Positions 20,494-32,701 are shown, counted from the first letter of the whole stretch. The stretch is DNA of 62,326 nucleotides, filler included, from 9 parts of 9 records of this genome joined end to end with filler, not necessarily neighbours in it, one strand, 5' to 3'. Notes: generated by a model from the sequence alone, not told the origin. Numbers and translations are program-made.

Positions 20494-22446
20494 TTAATAA
20501 AAAGTAACAAGCATGACTGTAAGGACCAGTAGAAAAACAATTGTCATCCCAGCTCCTGCTTTAATATAGTCAATGGTCTGGTAACCACCTGGTCTCATAA
20601 CTAAAGCGTTTACTTGATGTGTAGGCAAGACGAAAGTGTTAGATGCTGCTATTGCAACTACCATAGCGGCTAACCTAGGGTCACACCCTACTTCTATGGC
20701 CATAGACAATGCAAGCGGTACAAGTAGTACTGTTGCACCCACATTAGAAACTACTAATGTGAAAAAAGATGTCAGAACCCCAATGATAAGCAAAAATATA
20801 GAATTAGGCACGGTACCAATGAGTCCCATAATGACAGTCGCCATCCACTCTGCCGCCCCTGTTTTTTGAAATGCAAGCCCTAGAGGTATCAACCCACCAA
20901 GCAAAAAAACAGTCATCCAATCTATTGAGCTATATGCCTCGTCTATTGTTAGTACATTAGTTACAATCATGCCTAAAGCACCTGAAAGCAAACAAACAGA
21001 CAAAGAAATATCAAGTGGCACGTTTAAAAATGTTGTTAAAGGTTTAAGCCACAATATCATCGCTATGGTAAAAACTAACCACCCAAAAGCAACTTTCGCT
21101 TTTTCCTCTCTAGCAATTTCACCTTTTATTTTATTGGTAAATGCAAAACAATCTTTTTGGGCTAGCTCTAAGAATTTTTCCCAGCGCCCAAACATGAGTA
21201 ATGCATCACCGGGTTTTATAATTTCTATGGTTATTTGGTTAAATTGGCAGGCCCCATCTCGACAGAGTACCACTGGTACGATACCGTTCCTTTTTCTAAA
21301 TCTACGTTCTCTCATATTCTTCCCAACTAATTCAGAGCGGGGCGTAACAATACCCTCAACAATTCCTGCATTATTTGGAGAGAAATCCTCTGAAAAAACC
21401 TCTAGGTCACCCTTGAACTTCCATCCCAAGTCTTCAGCGCACTTCCTAGCATGAACTTCGTTTCCTACAAGCACAAGAGTCTCATTAGCGTGGATCAGTT
21501 CGTATCTGGTAGGAGCATAATTTTTAAATTTCTTTTCAGGAGAATATACACCCGCAATGGTAACATGGTATTTATCTCGAACATGAAGTTCCTCTAAGGT
21601 AAACGAACCAAAATCATGTGGAATCTCGACTTCAAATACGCCGGCTATTTCTTGATATGTATCAGCTAGCGATGAAGGCATTATTCTATTTTCATTACCA
21701 TCTTCCTTTTTGTCAGGAATGATAAATCTCCCAAATATAACAAAATAGAGAATTGCTGATATCACAAGAGCTATACCAATAGGTGTTTGAGTGAAAAGCC
21801 CCAAAGGCTGGATGTTTTCCTCAAACATACCAAGCTGATTCGCTTGATGGATTAAATCATTTAATAATATGGTAGGACTTGCACCAACTAAGGTAATTGT
21901 TCCTCCGATTATTGCGCAATATGCCATCGGCATTAATATCTTGGATGGAGGGATACCTGTTTGGCGTCCTATTCTGCGCACTGCTGGCAAGAAAAGTGCG
22001 GCTGCCCCGATATTTTGCATAAAGCTTGAAATGAAAGCAACGGTAATAGAGACAAAAATAACAATTTTACTCTCTGACTTACCAGCTCTTCGTAAAATTT
22101 GACGAGCAAGTATATTCATGCAGCCTGTTTTATCGAGTCCTGCCCCTATTATAATTACACCTATAATTGCAACGACAGCGTTACTAGACAGACCGCTGAC
22201 AGCTTCCTGAGGCGTGACAAGATTCAGAAAAGGTAAAAGGACCATCATTAGAATCCCTACTACATCGACCCTTACCCACTCAAATATAAAAAGAAGAATA
22301 ACAAGTCCTAATACTGAAAAAACAAGCCCCATTTCAAAAGTAAATGCATTCTGACTAGACTGTCCAAATTCAGCTGCAAAGGCATTAGAATAAAAGAGTA
22401 ATGAGAGTAATAAAATTACAAAATGAGTGAATCTAATATTCTTCAT
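20494..22446 (-). CDS. SLC13/DASS-family permease with TrkA-C domains
   Basis: SSFMQNIGAAALFLP, GGTITLVGASPTI, central soluble RCK_C region, LPTHQVNALVMRPGGY. Confidence 0.92.
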   Translation of the reverse strand: MKNIRFTHFVILLLSLLFYSNAFAAEFGQSSQNAFTFEMGLVFSVLGLVILLFIFEWVRVDVVGILMMVLLPFLNLVTPQEAVSGLSSNAVVAIIGVIIIGAGLDKTGCMNILARQILRRAGKSESKIVIFVSITVAFISSFMQNIGAAALFLPAVRRIGRQTGIPPSKILMPMAYCAIIGGTITLVGASPTILLNDLIHQANQLGMFEENIQPLGLFTQTPIGIALVISAILYFVIFGRFIIPDKKEDGNENRIMPSSLADTYQEIAGVFEVEIPHDFGSFTLEELHVRDKYHVTIAGVYSPEKKFKNYAPTRYELIHANETLVLVGNEVHARKCAEDLGWKFKGDLEVFSEDFSPNNAGIVEGIVTPRSELVGKNMRERRFRKRNGIVPVVLCRDGACQFNQITIEIIKPGDALLMFGRWEKFLELAQKDCFAFTNKIKGEIAREEKAKVAFGWLVFTIAMILWLKPLTTFLNVPLDISLSVCLLSGALGMIVTNVLTIDEAYSSIDWMTVFLLGGLIPLGLAFQKTGAAEWMATVIMGLIGTVPNSIFLLIIGVLTSFFTLVVSNVGATVLLVPLALSMAIEVGCDPRLAAMVVAIAASNTFVLPTHQVNALVMRPGGYQTIDYIKAGAGMTIVFLLVLTVMLVTFY

Positions 22447-22495
22447 GACGTCCCTTGGTGTTTGGGTATCCAATTGAAAGCTATTTAGCTAAATT

Positions 22496-22670
22496 TTAAT
22501 TAATTAGGGAATGCATTCCAACCCCGGCGATATACCCTAAAGCGATTATAGGTGACCAGCATAAATGGCTTGTAAAAGTGTACTGACCTTTTGATGAATC
22601 CATTAGCGCAATGCCTGCTGCTGACCCAATAGATAATAGGCGACCACCTACCACACGTCAGAGTAACTAA
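22496..22670 (-). pseudogene. NhaD Na+/H+ antiporter C-terminal fragment
   Basis: Manual translation LVTLTCG(fs)GG-LLSIGSAAGIALMDSSKGQYTFTSHLCWSPIIALGY resembles the NhaD C-terminus. Confidence 0.7.
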
Positions 22671-22742
22671 TATCAAGGCATGCTGTTCCCAAAAGAATGA
22701 TATTTTATATACCCAATGTGCGTCACATGAATATGAGGGTTA

Positions 22743-23576
22743 CTACATATTGTGAAAAGGGTTGATATGAATAGGTGCTCCTGACTTCTTGTCTAAAAAT
22801 TCCACAGACTCAATCCCTTCGATACCTATTATTAATTCCTGCACCTTTGCCTGAACCACATCGTCATTTCTCATAATATCTCCAGCGTTTGAGATATATG
22901 CAGTTTTTTCTTTTACTTTGACCTCAACCAAAAACGAGTAGTCTAGCATTATAGATTGAATTTTAGTGGCGATTGCAAGGTTGGATACTTTTTTTCGTGC
23001 ATAGTCACTTGTCTTAAAAGAATCATTTTTTAGTGCTTCACACAATATATTGACAGCGTCATCAACGCTAATCTTGTGGATATTAAGCACTATGTCGTAT
23101 AGTCTGCTATCCCACGGATCAATACCGTACATTTGTAGTGCCCATTTCCTCCTCTCTCTGTCATCCTTTTTTATAATGTTTAAGGCCTTGTTTTCAGAAA
23201 CCTTGTCTCTTTTGACTACCTCCCTGATCCTGTCTTCCATGTTTGCAAGAATTTTTACTTTCAATACATTATCAAGCTCTTTCAAAAAATACTGTCCAGC
23301 CAGACCATGATAAACTAAATTGTCCTTACAAGCATGTTTCAGCAAAGAATATCTATAATAAGTAATGAGTTTCATCTTGTCATGACTGAACCTTTCCATG
23401 ACAGTATTTGAGTCATGTACTGCTTTAGTAAGTATACCTTCTGATATGTTGAATTCCTCTGAAGCCTCCAATAAAATTTCTTTGGAAACACATTCATAAC
23501 CAATTTTCAGAGAGAGCTGCTCAGCTACTTCTTTTCCTCTACTAAAAGAACCTCTTGAAATCGTTACAATAGACAT
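22743..23576 (-). CDS. Cytidylate kinase-like family protein with C-terminal extension
   Basis: IVTISRGSFSRGKEVAE, VYHGLAGQ, DPWDSRLYDIVLN. Confidence 0.85.
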   Translation of the reverse strand: MSIVTISRGSFSRGKEVAEQLSLKIGYECVSKEILLEASEEFNISEGILTKAVHDSNTVMERFSHDKMKLITYYRYSLLKHACKDNLVYHGLAGQYFLKELDNVLKVKILANMEDRIREVVKRDKVSENKALNIIKKDDRERRKWALQMYGIDPWDSRLYDIVLNIHKISVDDAVNILCEALKNDSFKTSDYARKKVSNLAIATKIQSIMLDYSFLVEVKVKEKTAYISNAGDIMRNDDVVQAKVQELIIGIEGIESVEFLDKKSGAPIHINPFHNM

Positions 23577-24421
23577 TTCTCGACCTCCGGTAATTAATAA
23601 TTAAAACAAATGCTATTCAACACTCTAGATAACATCGATAAATGAACCATATCACAACAGATAGACTGGATGATTACTAAGTTCACCCAAGTGAATTCTC
23701 GCTTTTACTAGGTAATTATTTATGCTAATAGAGAAAAGAAGCTCGAAGGGGATACGGAAGTATCAGATTGAGCGAAGAAAAGAGATTCTCATTTTCTTCT
23801 TGGAGAGTTTGTATATTTAACCGTATAGCTGTTGAATAGAAAATTCAAACTGATTTTACTCTAGATACTTGAAAAATAATGATTCTTAATATCATTATTT
23901 TTTATCCTCACAACCTTATAGCATTCAAACCAATACGTGATTACCACTAATCTTCAGCCACACTTACCCCTCCATGTCTAAACACCTGATATAAAAACAT
24001 AAGAAGAGAGAGGCGTGTTCCTCGGCATCAGGAAATATTTTTACCAGGTGTAGCGAAGGAAGTGTTATCCCCAAGGGGATTAACATTACAGCATGTTACA
24101 AGCTAACTTGTAAGTTTGGCTGAATTACATTGGTAACCACAAACCAACATGCGATTACCAACGAACTTTCAGCCAACCTTAAAAGGTGCTGTGGCATTGG
24201 CGTTACTGTTGCTCACCATATGGAGGCAGTAGAAAACATGATGCTTAAGAGCTTCTTGCAAAATGATCAATGTAAGTGCTAACGACAGACGGGATGTATT
24301 GACTTTTAGCCAATCGTATTGGTCATGTCGCCTCAATACTACATTTTTTGGTTAAATTATGGCCCCATAGGCACACTTACTTTGCAACGATGAAACAATT
24401 TTGGTGTTCTTTAATACTCTG

Positions 24422-25205
24422 TCAAAGCTGGCGCATGAGCTGATCGGCGAACAGGACTATCACTCCGAACATTAGATGTTGAGTTACTTTGCAGTGCCCT
24501 TTTACCATCACATTGCTGGCGCCAAAATCTTCTTTCAAACGACCATTAGCCCATTCTACAGACGATCTGGTTTTGTACCGTTCTGCTTCATGAGGTGCCA
24601 TCGGAACGACTTCTTTGCCCCCGAGCATTCTTATCAATGATTGGGACATGGTCAAATTTCCTGCTTATTTCATTGATCCGTTTGGTATCGTATGCAGCAT
24701 CCATTAGATCATAAAGATAAATAACTTTACTGCTGGTTTGCTTGATCAATGGAATAGCAACCTGGCTGCCATGCAATTGGCGTAGAGGCAACAAGGGCAC
24801 TGATAAGTAAGCCCATATCGTTAATATCCAGATGTAATTTGTAGCCACTCCAAAATGTTTTGTATCCCTTTGCATTCTTTTTGGCGCCTCGGTCGCAAAG
24901 GGTTGGCAGTTCCAAGACTGCCTCTTCCGCAGACAAAGCAATCTGCCGATCAAGTCGTTTTAATGGAGCTGGTTCCCTTTTTTCGCCCTTCGCAGGCCGT
25001 CCTCTCTTACGAAGCTTTTTGGACATTTTTACCTTTTTGGCAGGCTTCTCCCTGCCAACGATAGCTGTGGAATCGCGGCTGACATGTCCGAGAAGTTCAT
25101 CGTCCAAGTATTCCTGCACCAGGGCATTATGCGCCTGTGTACCAAGCTCACTGACAGCAAATTCTGCGAATGCACGGGAAAAGGTGGATTCTGATGGGAT
25201 GCTAC
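24422..25205 (-). mobile_element. Degenerate DDE transposase (IS family uncertain), frameshifted and 5'-truncated
   Basis: PSESTFSRAFAEFA, GHVSRDSTAI, GYKLHLD, DLMDAAYD, RYKTRSSVEWANGRLK spread across three frames. Confidence 0.85.
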
Positions 25206-26272
25206 CTGTTACCCGTAGCCGAACAGATGAAATCAGGGCAGAAGAACGCCAGCGTTGCGAGACAATACGCGGTAATTGCGAAATGGCCGGTCTTGATAGC
25301 CATTTTGCTCACGACCTGGTTGAACGCGGCCTTTCGCCAGACGATGCCGGTACAGAAATACTCAGAGAAATGGTAATAGCCAAAACGCCTACAGGTGTAA
25401 GAACTTCCAGCCCTTACGGGTAGGCAGATGTTGGCACCCATGAGACTGAAAAAAGAATGTCTGCCCAAGTTGACGGCCTTTTGACACGGTCCGGCGCAAG
25501 GCTTGAAAAGCCAGCCCTAGGGGCAAATCATTACCGAGATAGGGATATCTTGAGCCATGGCCGAGAGTGTCTGAAACGTGCCGGAATTGATACCAGGGGC
25601 ATGAGTCGTAACCGTGTAGCCGGTATACTTTGCAGTGAGCGTGCTAGCTCTAGTGACTTTCCGCTGCTTCTTTCCGGGTATGCTGGAAAACAGCTCCAGG
25701 ACGTTTACGACGAAACACCCAGCACATGGAGACCTTTTGTAAAAATTCGAACTGCGAACGATTTTAAAGCGCTTTTTCACGCAGATCACAAAAACCTTGC
25801 CGCTGACGACGAAAAGGGCGTGTGCAATACCGATACCCTGAAGCTAGGCAAAATAGCAATGAGATTGCAGACAGGCATGAGCGGTGCCCTACTTGACCTG
25901 CAACCAAGGGTTGTTCTGTCGCCAGTTGAGCAAGAGGTCGATATTGACACCTTGATACACAATGCTGGAACTACAAATATCAGCCTCCCTGGCGCAACCC
26001 ACGACCTATCGGTGAACAGTTCTGATAAATACAACCCTCACAACAACCTTCAGCTTATAGCTGAACCACGGCTCGACCTTGTAAATCAAACAGCTTGGTA
26101 TCTCATCAGCAACAACAGTGGCATTGAGGCGGCATATCTTGACGGGCAAGAGCAGCCGTATATTGAAGAGCAATCAATGTTCGAGCGTGAAGCAATCGGC
26201 GCCAAGTACCGTCATGATTTCGGAGCGGGTATTGTGGATCACGTTGGAATTAGGAAGAATCCAGGCCAATAA
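25206..26272 (+). pseudogene. Phage major capsid relic (Mu gpT-like / protease-capsid fusion type)
   Basis: SSSDFPLLL, ALFHADHKNL, IAEPRLD, AWYL, IEAAYLDGQEQPYIE, RHDFGAG; in-frame TAG at 25421-25423 and an apparent internal deletion after NDFK. Confidence 0.8.
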
Positions 26273-26898
26273 TTTTAAAATAGACAGATAGCAGGCCGCT
26301 GGGGCCACTCCTTGAAAGCTACCTGCCTTTTGCCCAGGCTGGTCATTTTTCATTTGCAGAGCAATTTTATCATAATAAAAAGCAATAACTCACCAGTGTT
26401 ACCTTCTTATCCAAGGTAAAATAATTAGTTCAATTTGTCTTTTACCCTGGTTGGTTTTCTCCTTTCTTGAGGCTGTCCACCTTAAGTGCCAACTAGGGTA
26501 TTTTTATTTCCAACCTTTTCCAGACCTACAGCACTCTGCAACGCTTCCCACCTGGAAACCAGACTTGACCAAGCACCTAATTTTTCATTATTTTCACCTT
26601 AACTGCACTTCATTTTCGGGTGTATGGTTTTCCTTATTCACTAACCCAAACAAGAGAAATACCAAATGCTTAACGCTTCACAAACAATTGCATACACATC
26701 ACCACACACCACCTGGAGCAAAGAAGAAAGAGAAGTGGTAAAGAAATTACGGCTCTCCCTCAAAGAAGGGGGATCAATTTATGGAAAGATTATTAACCNN
26801 NNNNNNNNNNNNNNNNNNNNNNNNNNNNNNNNNNNNNNNNNNTTAATTAATTAANNNNNNNNNNNNNNNNNNNNNNNNNNNNNNNNNNNNNNNNNNNN

Positions 26899-27815
26899 TT
26901 TCCAACGGCTGGCTGGGGAAAAAACAGGTGGTCCGTGATTTGACTTTTCAGATCCGGGACAATGAAGTGTTTGGCTATCTCGGGGGCAACGGAGCTGGCA
27001 AAACCACGACATTCAAGCTGATGCTGGGCCTGATCCGTCCGGACAAAGGGGATATCTCTTTTTGGGGGTTCTCGGCAAAGGATCGAATCAGTCGGGCCAT
27101 GATCGGATATTTGCCGGAACAACCCTATTTTTACGCCTATCTTACTGGTGCCGAGGCCCTTGATTTTTATGCCAGCCTGTTTGATATGACGGGTGCTGAG
27201 CGCAAAAAAAGGGTCAGCTATTTGCTGGAGCTTGTGGGACTGGTTCATGCCAGGGATACCCAGTTGCGCAAATTTTCCCGGGGCATGCTCCAACGTATCG
27301 GTATTGCCCAAGCGCTGGTGAATGATCCAAAACTGCTGATTTTAGATGAACCCATGTCGGGCCTGGACCCCATGGGTCGCAAAGCCATGCGCGACATTAT
27401 TCTTTCCTGCCGGGACCAGGGGAAAACCATTATTTTTTCCTCCCATATCATTTCGGATGTGGAGATGATCTGTGATCGGGCCGGCATCCTTGCCGACGGG
27501 GAACTTAAAAGTATTATCACCATGGATGATGCCGTATCATCCAATGATACGATTTGGGAAATCAGCTGTCAGGGCGGTGAGCTGGATCTGTCGGGCATTG
27601 AAGACCAAAATGGCATTAAGCAGGTGATCCGGGGAAACCGGCATATTGTATCAACCGGCGATAAAGATAAGGCCGACAGGATTATGGAAGAGATTAAAAA
27701 TCAAGGACTGGCGCTTGTCTCCTTTTCAACGGCACGCAAAAGCATAGAAGATATTTATATAAAAAGTGCGGGGCAAGACACCCTTCCTGCAAGCAGTCAA
27801 CAGGATGAATATTGA
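26899..27815 (+). CDS. ABC exporter ATPase (type IV pilus-associated type); 5' partial
   Basis: GGNGAGKTT, FSRGMLQR, ILDEPMSGLDP. Confidence 0.92.
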
Positions 27816-28582
27816 TGAAAAAAGTACTGGCCATCGGCCTTAATACATTTAAAGAGTCTATCCGGGATAAGATTTTCTACAGTCTTCTATTTTTTGCCGT
27901 AATTTTAATCTTATTTTCCACTGTTTTAGGCAAGCTGACCCTTGGCGACCCCGTGAAGATCATCAAGGATTTTGGGCTTGGGTCCATATCCATTGGCGGC
28001 ACACTGATCGCCATTTTTGTGGGCATTGGTATGGTGTACAAGGAGATGGAAAAACGCACCATTTACGTTATTCTTTCCAAGCCGTTGGCCCGGTGGCAGT
28101 TTCTCATGGGCAAATATTTAGGGCTCAGCCTGACCATCCTGGTGGAAGTTGCGGTAATGACTGTATTGCTGTTTGCCCTTTGTTTCGTATATGAAAAAAC
28201 AGTGCCATGGCTTTTGTTAACAGCCATTGTGCCCATTTATATCGAAATATCGGTAATCCTGGCCTTTGCCCTTTTTTTCTCCGCCTTTTCAAGTCCGTTT
28301 TTAAGCGGCATGTTTACCCTGGCCATTTTTATCATCGGGCATTTTACACAGGATTTAAGATTGCTTGCCAAAGCGTCCGAAGACACTGTGTTTAAGGCCC
28401 TGGCAGACGGGGCGTATTATATCCTGCCCAATCTTGAACGCCTAAACTACAAGACCCGGGTGGTCCATGATCTGGCCATCCCGGGCCAGGAACTTGGGTT
28501 GAGCGTTGTTTATGCGATCAGTTACATTGCCGTTGTTCTGATTGCCGCAGTATTTATTTTTGAGAATAAAGATATAGCTTAA
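27815..28582 (+). CDS. ABC-2 type permease
   Basis: NTFKESIRDK, KEMEKRTIYVILSKP, GKYLG; about six TM segments. Confidence 0.9.
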   Translation: MKKVLAIGLNTFKESIRDKIFYSLLFFAVILILFSTVLGKLTLGDPVKIIKDFGLGSISIGGTLIAIFVGIGMVYKEMEKRTIYVILSKPLARWQFLMGKYLGLSLTILVEVAVMTVLLFALCFVYEKTVPWLLLTAIVPIYIEISVILAFALFFSAFSSPFLSGMFTLAIFIIGHFTQDLRLLAKASEDTVFKALADGAYYILPNLERLNYKTRVVHDLAIPGQELGLSVVYAISYIAVVLIAAVFIFENKDIA

Positions 28583-28711
28583 ACTTTACCAACGTCTTGT
28601 CCTGAATGAATAGGGATAGTTGTAATCCTTCCGTCCTGATGTCGAAGCCGGACATGGCTTCCTTTTTGGCGTACGGTTTGAAAACCTTTATTTTTAAAGC
28701 ATCAATGTCAG

Positions 28712-28787
28712 GGGGTCAAACCTTGATTAGTGATTAGCGGATACCACATAATCGCATTGTAAAAATCACAAATCAAGGTTTGACCCC
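28712..28787. repeat. 24-bp inverted repeat (REP-like)
   Basis: GGGGTCAAACCTTGATTAGTGATT ... AATCACAAATCAAGGTTTGACCCC, one mismatch. Confidence 0.85.
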
Positions 28788-28795
28788 TGCCCTTC

Positions 28796-29027
28796 TTAAA
28801 TATAATCCTCCCAGATGTCTGTTACCGGCTTGATAACTTCGTCCGGCGGAACAAGCAGTTTGGGTTTCTCAGAAAGCTGGTTGCGCCAGTCCTGTTTTTT
28901 GATGGGGTTTAAATACGCCACTTTTTTTTGTTATGGGTCACCACGATCTTGTCACCGGATTCAACCCGTTTTAATATTTCAAAAAGTTTCCCCCCAGGCG
29001 GGTTGCTGAAATATTAATCATAGTCAT
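28796..29027 (-). pseudogene. Phd/YefM-type antitoxin with two frameshifts
   Basis: MINISATR / GKLFEILKRVESGDKIVVTHNKK / VAYLNPIKK...DIWEDYI* lie in three frames. Confidence 0.65.
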
Positions 29028-29039
29028 CTCCCTCTTTTT

Positions 29040-29290
29040 TTATATCCAGAAGGTTTTCACATCATACTGATTTATGGTTTCATCCTTCGTCACAAGTAGG
29101 CAATTCCTGTTTAACGCCTGTGCGATCAACAGCCGGTCAAAGGGATCTTTATGCAGATCTGGAAGATTAACGGATTCAATCATTTCCCCGGCTCCGGGAG
29201 CCATCAATTTTATGTTGGAACAATCCATCACATTTGACTGCCATTTAGTGACATCTCCCAATTGAATACGACCTTTTTTAAAAGCTCTCT
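29040..29290 (-). pseudogene. VapC/PIN toxin, N-terminally truncated
   Basis: HKDPFDRLLIAQA...LVTKD present; the N-terminal xLDT motif is absent. Confidence 0.75.
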
Positions 29291-29323
29291 CTCCTTGGTT
29301 TAAACCCCTTTCACCGGTAATCG

Positions 29324-32319
29324 TCACCACTGCTTCCAGTATAAAATAGTCCCAAGCATTGATCCTGACGGGAAAGTGGGTAAGCCACCCTGTTCTGAGG
29401 GGACCCCTTCCTCCCAGGAGGTTGTTCTATCGTCGTTTTGATCGAACTCGTCTTCCCCGTATTGCTGGATGTCACCACCCGATCGCTGGATCAGGTATGT
29501 AAATTGAATTTCTTCGTCGACCACATACTTGTCTGAGCCAGTACAGATTTCGTCGGTTATGGCCATTCCGCTGGCGCAGTTTACCACCCAGGAACGGGCC
29601 TGGCCGCCGCATTCGCAGACCACGTCCGTGGGACGGGCCGTATCAAAGAAAACAATATTGTACTCTGTTACGGACGGATCTGAGTAACATCTCTCCCTCA
29701 GGTAATTTCCTCCAGCCTCCTCTAGGGGGATATGCCAGGCTGCCTGAAGGGGGTTTGTGTTGATCTTATCAAGGGTATCGCATGTCAGGGCGCTTGCGTT
29801 GTTGCTGCTGTTGATACTGCTGCCGCCTTTGATGGGCGTATTATCAGCGCCGTAATTAAAGGGAACCCCATATAGATAATTGACATCGCCGTTTGTGTCC
29901 TGGGTTTCATCGTCTGAGACAAAGTATCGTCCTGTGCCAAAGTATAAAAATGGAAATGAAAGCTGGTCCGGAAAACAATCCATCACTTTTATGGGTGCGG
30001 TAATCGGGCTAGAATTAAATCCCAGGTATGTTTTATCATAATCCCAGTTCTCGGGTTCGTCGGACCCTGTCCAGATTTTAATGACCCCACCTTTCATCTT
30101 ACTGTATGCACCGTCGGCGTTTTCTGTCAAACCTAAAAATACAAAATCGGTCTGACCGTCTTCGTTGACATCAAGGCCATTGGTAAAGAGCCGCCCGCCA
30201 AAAGCATTTTTTATCCCAAGCTCGGAAGGAATGTCTCCAAATACATCCTGTTCTTTGCCTGTAAACAGATCCACGGTGAAAATTCGTAGATCCTGGGTGG
30301 ACCGGCCCTCATATGTGGTCGGACCCGAAGCGAACATGATAAAATAGTGCCAGTTCCCGTCGGCATCCTGGCGTTTGACGTAGGCCGGCCCGGAATAGGA
30401 AAATCCCATGCCGTCAGGTGCATACCGCCACAGGTATTTGGGATTTAAAGGATCTGTGATATCCAGCGCATAATAGGCTGATCGTCCAACAGTTTCCGGG
30501 CCAACAGTTCCCGTGTCCGAGGGCGGATTTATAGCATCTGCGTCTCCAGCGTCAGTGGCGCCGCCCAATCGCATCCCGCCAATTAGAATGATCCTGGATC
30601 CTATATTCACAATATACGGTTTAAGATCCACGGCATAGATATGGTCATAGTCGGGGTTTGCCATGTACCTCAGATAAGGCATGGCATCTTTGGGCACAAA
30701 GGCCCAGACCTCTTTTCCGATGCTTGTATGGGTACATGTGGATGCTGAGCTGTCATCACATAGCTTGGCCGGATTCAGGGTTTTGCCAATATTTTTTATG
30801 AATCCAACATGGAAAGCATGAATCATGCCGTTGTTACTTCCGGTATAAACCAATGCGTAATTGTCATATTCCACGATGGTCGGGGAGGAGTAGATAATGT
30901 CGCCGATTTTCCATACGTTTTCATCCGTGGTTGAGTTGTTTGTCGCCCTGGCCCTGCAATTGGTTACGGGTTCTCCCCTCGTATATTTGATCAGATTTTC
31001 GTAATTGGGTGACCCTGAAGTTAAAAGGCAGTCCGGGTACTCAACAGCCGAGCTTCCTAAAAGAGTATCAAATTCATCTTTATTGGCTGCCGTGAATTCT
31101 GTAAGATTATCTTTTTCATCAACGCCGTATATGGTTCTGTCATCGGGCTCCCGGGTTCGAAGCTGTTCGCCGCAGTCAAAGAGATTATTCATTTCCTCTA
31201 TGGAATCATATACTTTATCAATCGTGGTATCTTTTTTGGTGCCGTATTCATTTGAATCATAGGCATTGATGGTCAAATCTTTATTGTTGATGATATACTC
31301 TATAATCCGGTCGTCTTCGACTTGCAGGGAGTAGTCGTTGTTTGTGTCTTCCCTGATATTTTGAACCAGCTTGTCATCACCGTTCACATCAGGGATATAA
31401 CCGTTGAGATACCACTCACCGAAAACATCACCGACCCAGGTTACTCTTTTGCCGTCATCAAATTCCTTATCCGGAAAGAAAGCGGCCTGGGCAACCACAT
31501 TTCCTGTTGAGACCCTTGAGGTAAGAGCGGTTACCGCACTACCGGAAGCGGTTCCCTGACGAATGGATTCAAATATGTCCGTCAGGGCATCGGACATGGC
31601 CTGGCCGTCGCTGGCGTAATAAAATCCATCGGGATCGCCGTTTTTGTCTGAGTCCCATTCTTCACAGGCGTCGTTGTAGGTGCCGGAAGGATTGCAATTG
31701 GTGCGGGGAAAGGAATTGTCTTCGCTGTCGGTTGTTTCTGAAAAAGTATAGGGCGTCCCGTCCGTGCCGCCGCTTATGTCTTCATAATTTCCAAAAGCAG
31801 CCACCGTTTTCATGGACTCTTGTCCGTTGATATCGTTGGAGAAAGCAAACAGGGAATACACACTGGCATTTTGGTCCTCAGGGAATTTGTCTTTTTTGCC
31901 TCCGCCGTCGGTTTCCCGCAGGTCGTCTATATGCAGTTTTTGGGCCCAGGTATCCGGATCAATACTGCCGTTATATTCTCCGTCGGATATTAAAACTACA
32001 TAACTTTTTTTGCACCAGGCCGGTTCAAGGGTGCCATCTGTTCGTTTTTCATAATATGGGTCCTTTTCGGTGCCTTCCGATATATAACCGGTGTTATATG
32101 ACTTGGCACTTGAACTTTGGGTGAGATAATAATATGCTTCCCTCAACGCCTCTCCCGTGTGGGTTCCACTATAGGGGATGGTGCTTTCTATGGCTGATAT
32201 CAGCGCGTCCATATCGTTTTTATGGGCGCCGTATTTTATCAAACCCTCTTCAGCAGTGTCATTGTTTGTGTCGGCATAGGCGATAAATCCGAATCTCACC
32301 TTGGAAAAATTTTCCTGGA
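29324..32319 (-). CDS. pilY1: PilY1/PilC type IV pilus adhesin; 5' partial
   Basis: vWA remnant (VLISDGE), IGDIIYSSP, NNGMIHAF, GKEVWAFVP, YYALDITDP, Ca-binding DVNEDGQTD, YFGTGRY. Confidence 0.9.
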
Positions 32320-32419
32320 NNNNNNNNNNNNNNNNNNNNNNNNNNNNNNNNNNNNNNNNNNNNTTAATTAATTAANNNNNNNNNNNNNNNNNNNNNNNNN
32401 NNNNNNNNNNNNNNNNNNN

Positions 32420-32682
32420 TTTACCAGTTCGGCACAACCCAGGTCATCGAGCTTGCCCTTATACAGGAGCCGCTTGCCCTCAAAGCTCGCATCCATGCCG
32501 GAATACTCACTGTCCTCCACCATCAGGATGGGAAGCCCCCCTGTGTTCTGGTCGTTGGAAAATCCGCTTTCCACTGCAATCGTTCCATCGTAGTTGTCAT
32601 CCACGTACAGCAGAGGCGTATGGGCCCAGCAGAAGGCCGCAGTTGTCAAAAGAAACATCAGAATCATTACGTTTTTACCCAT
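32420..32682 (-). CDS. Small periplasmic protein (FpvJ-like); 3' partial
   Basis: Signal peptide then HTPLLYVDDNYDGTIAVESGFSND. Confidence 0.55.
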
Positions 32683-32701
32683 CGAATTCTCTCTCCTCGT
32701 C

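Noticed and set aside
25421-25423. In-frame TAG in the capsid gene as stop-codon recoding
   Set aside because: The gene is also truncated and internally deleted, so a pseudogene is the simpler explanation.
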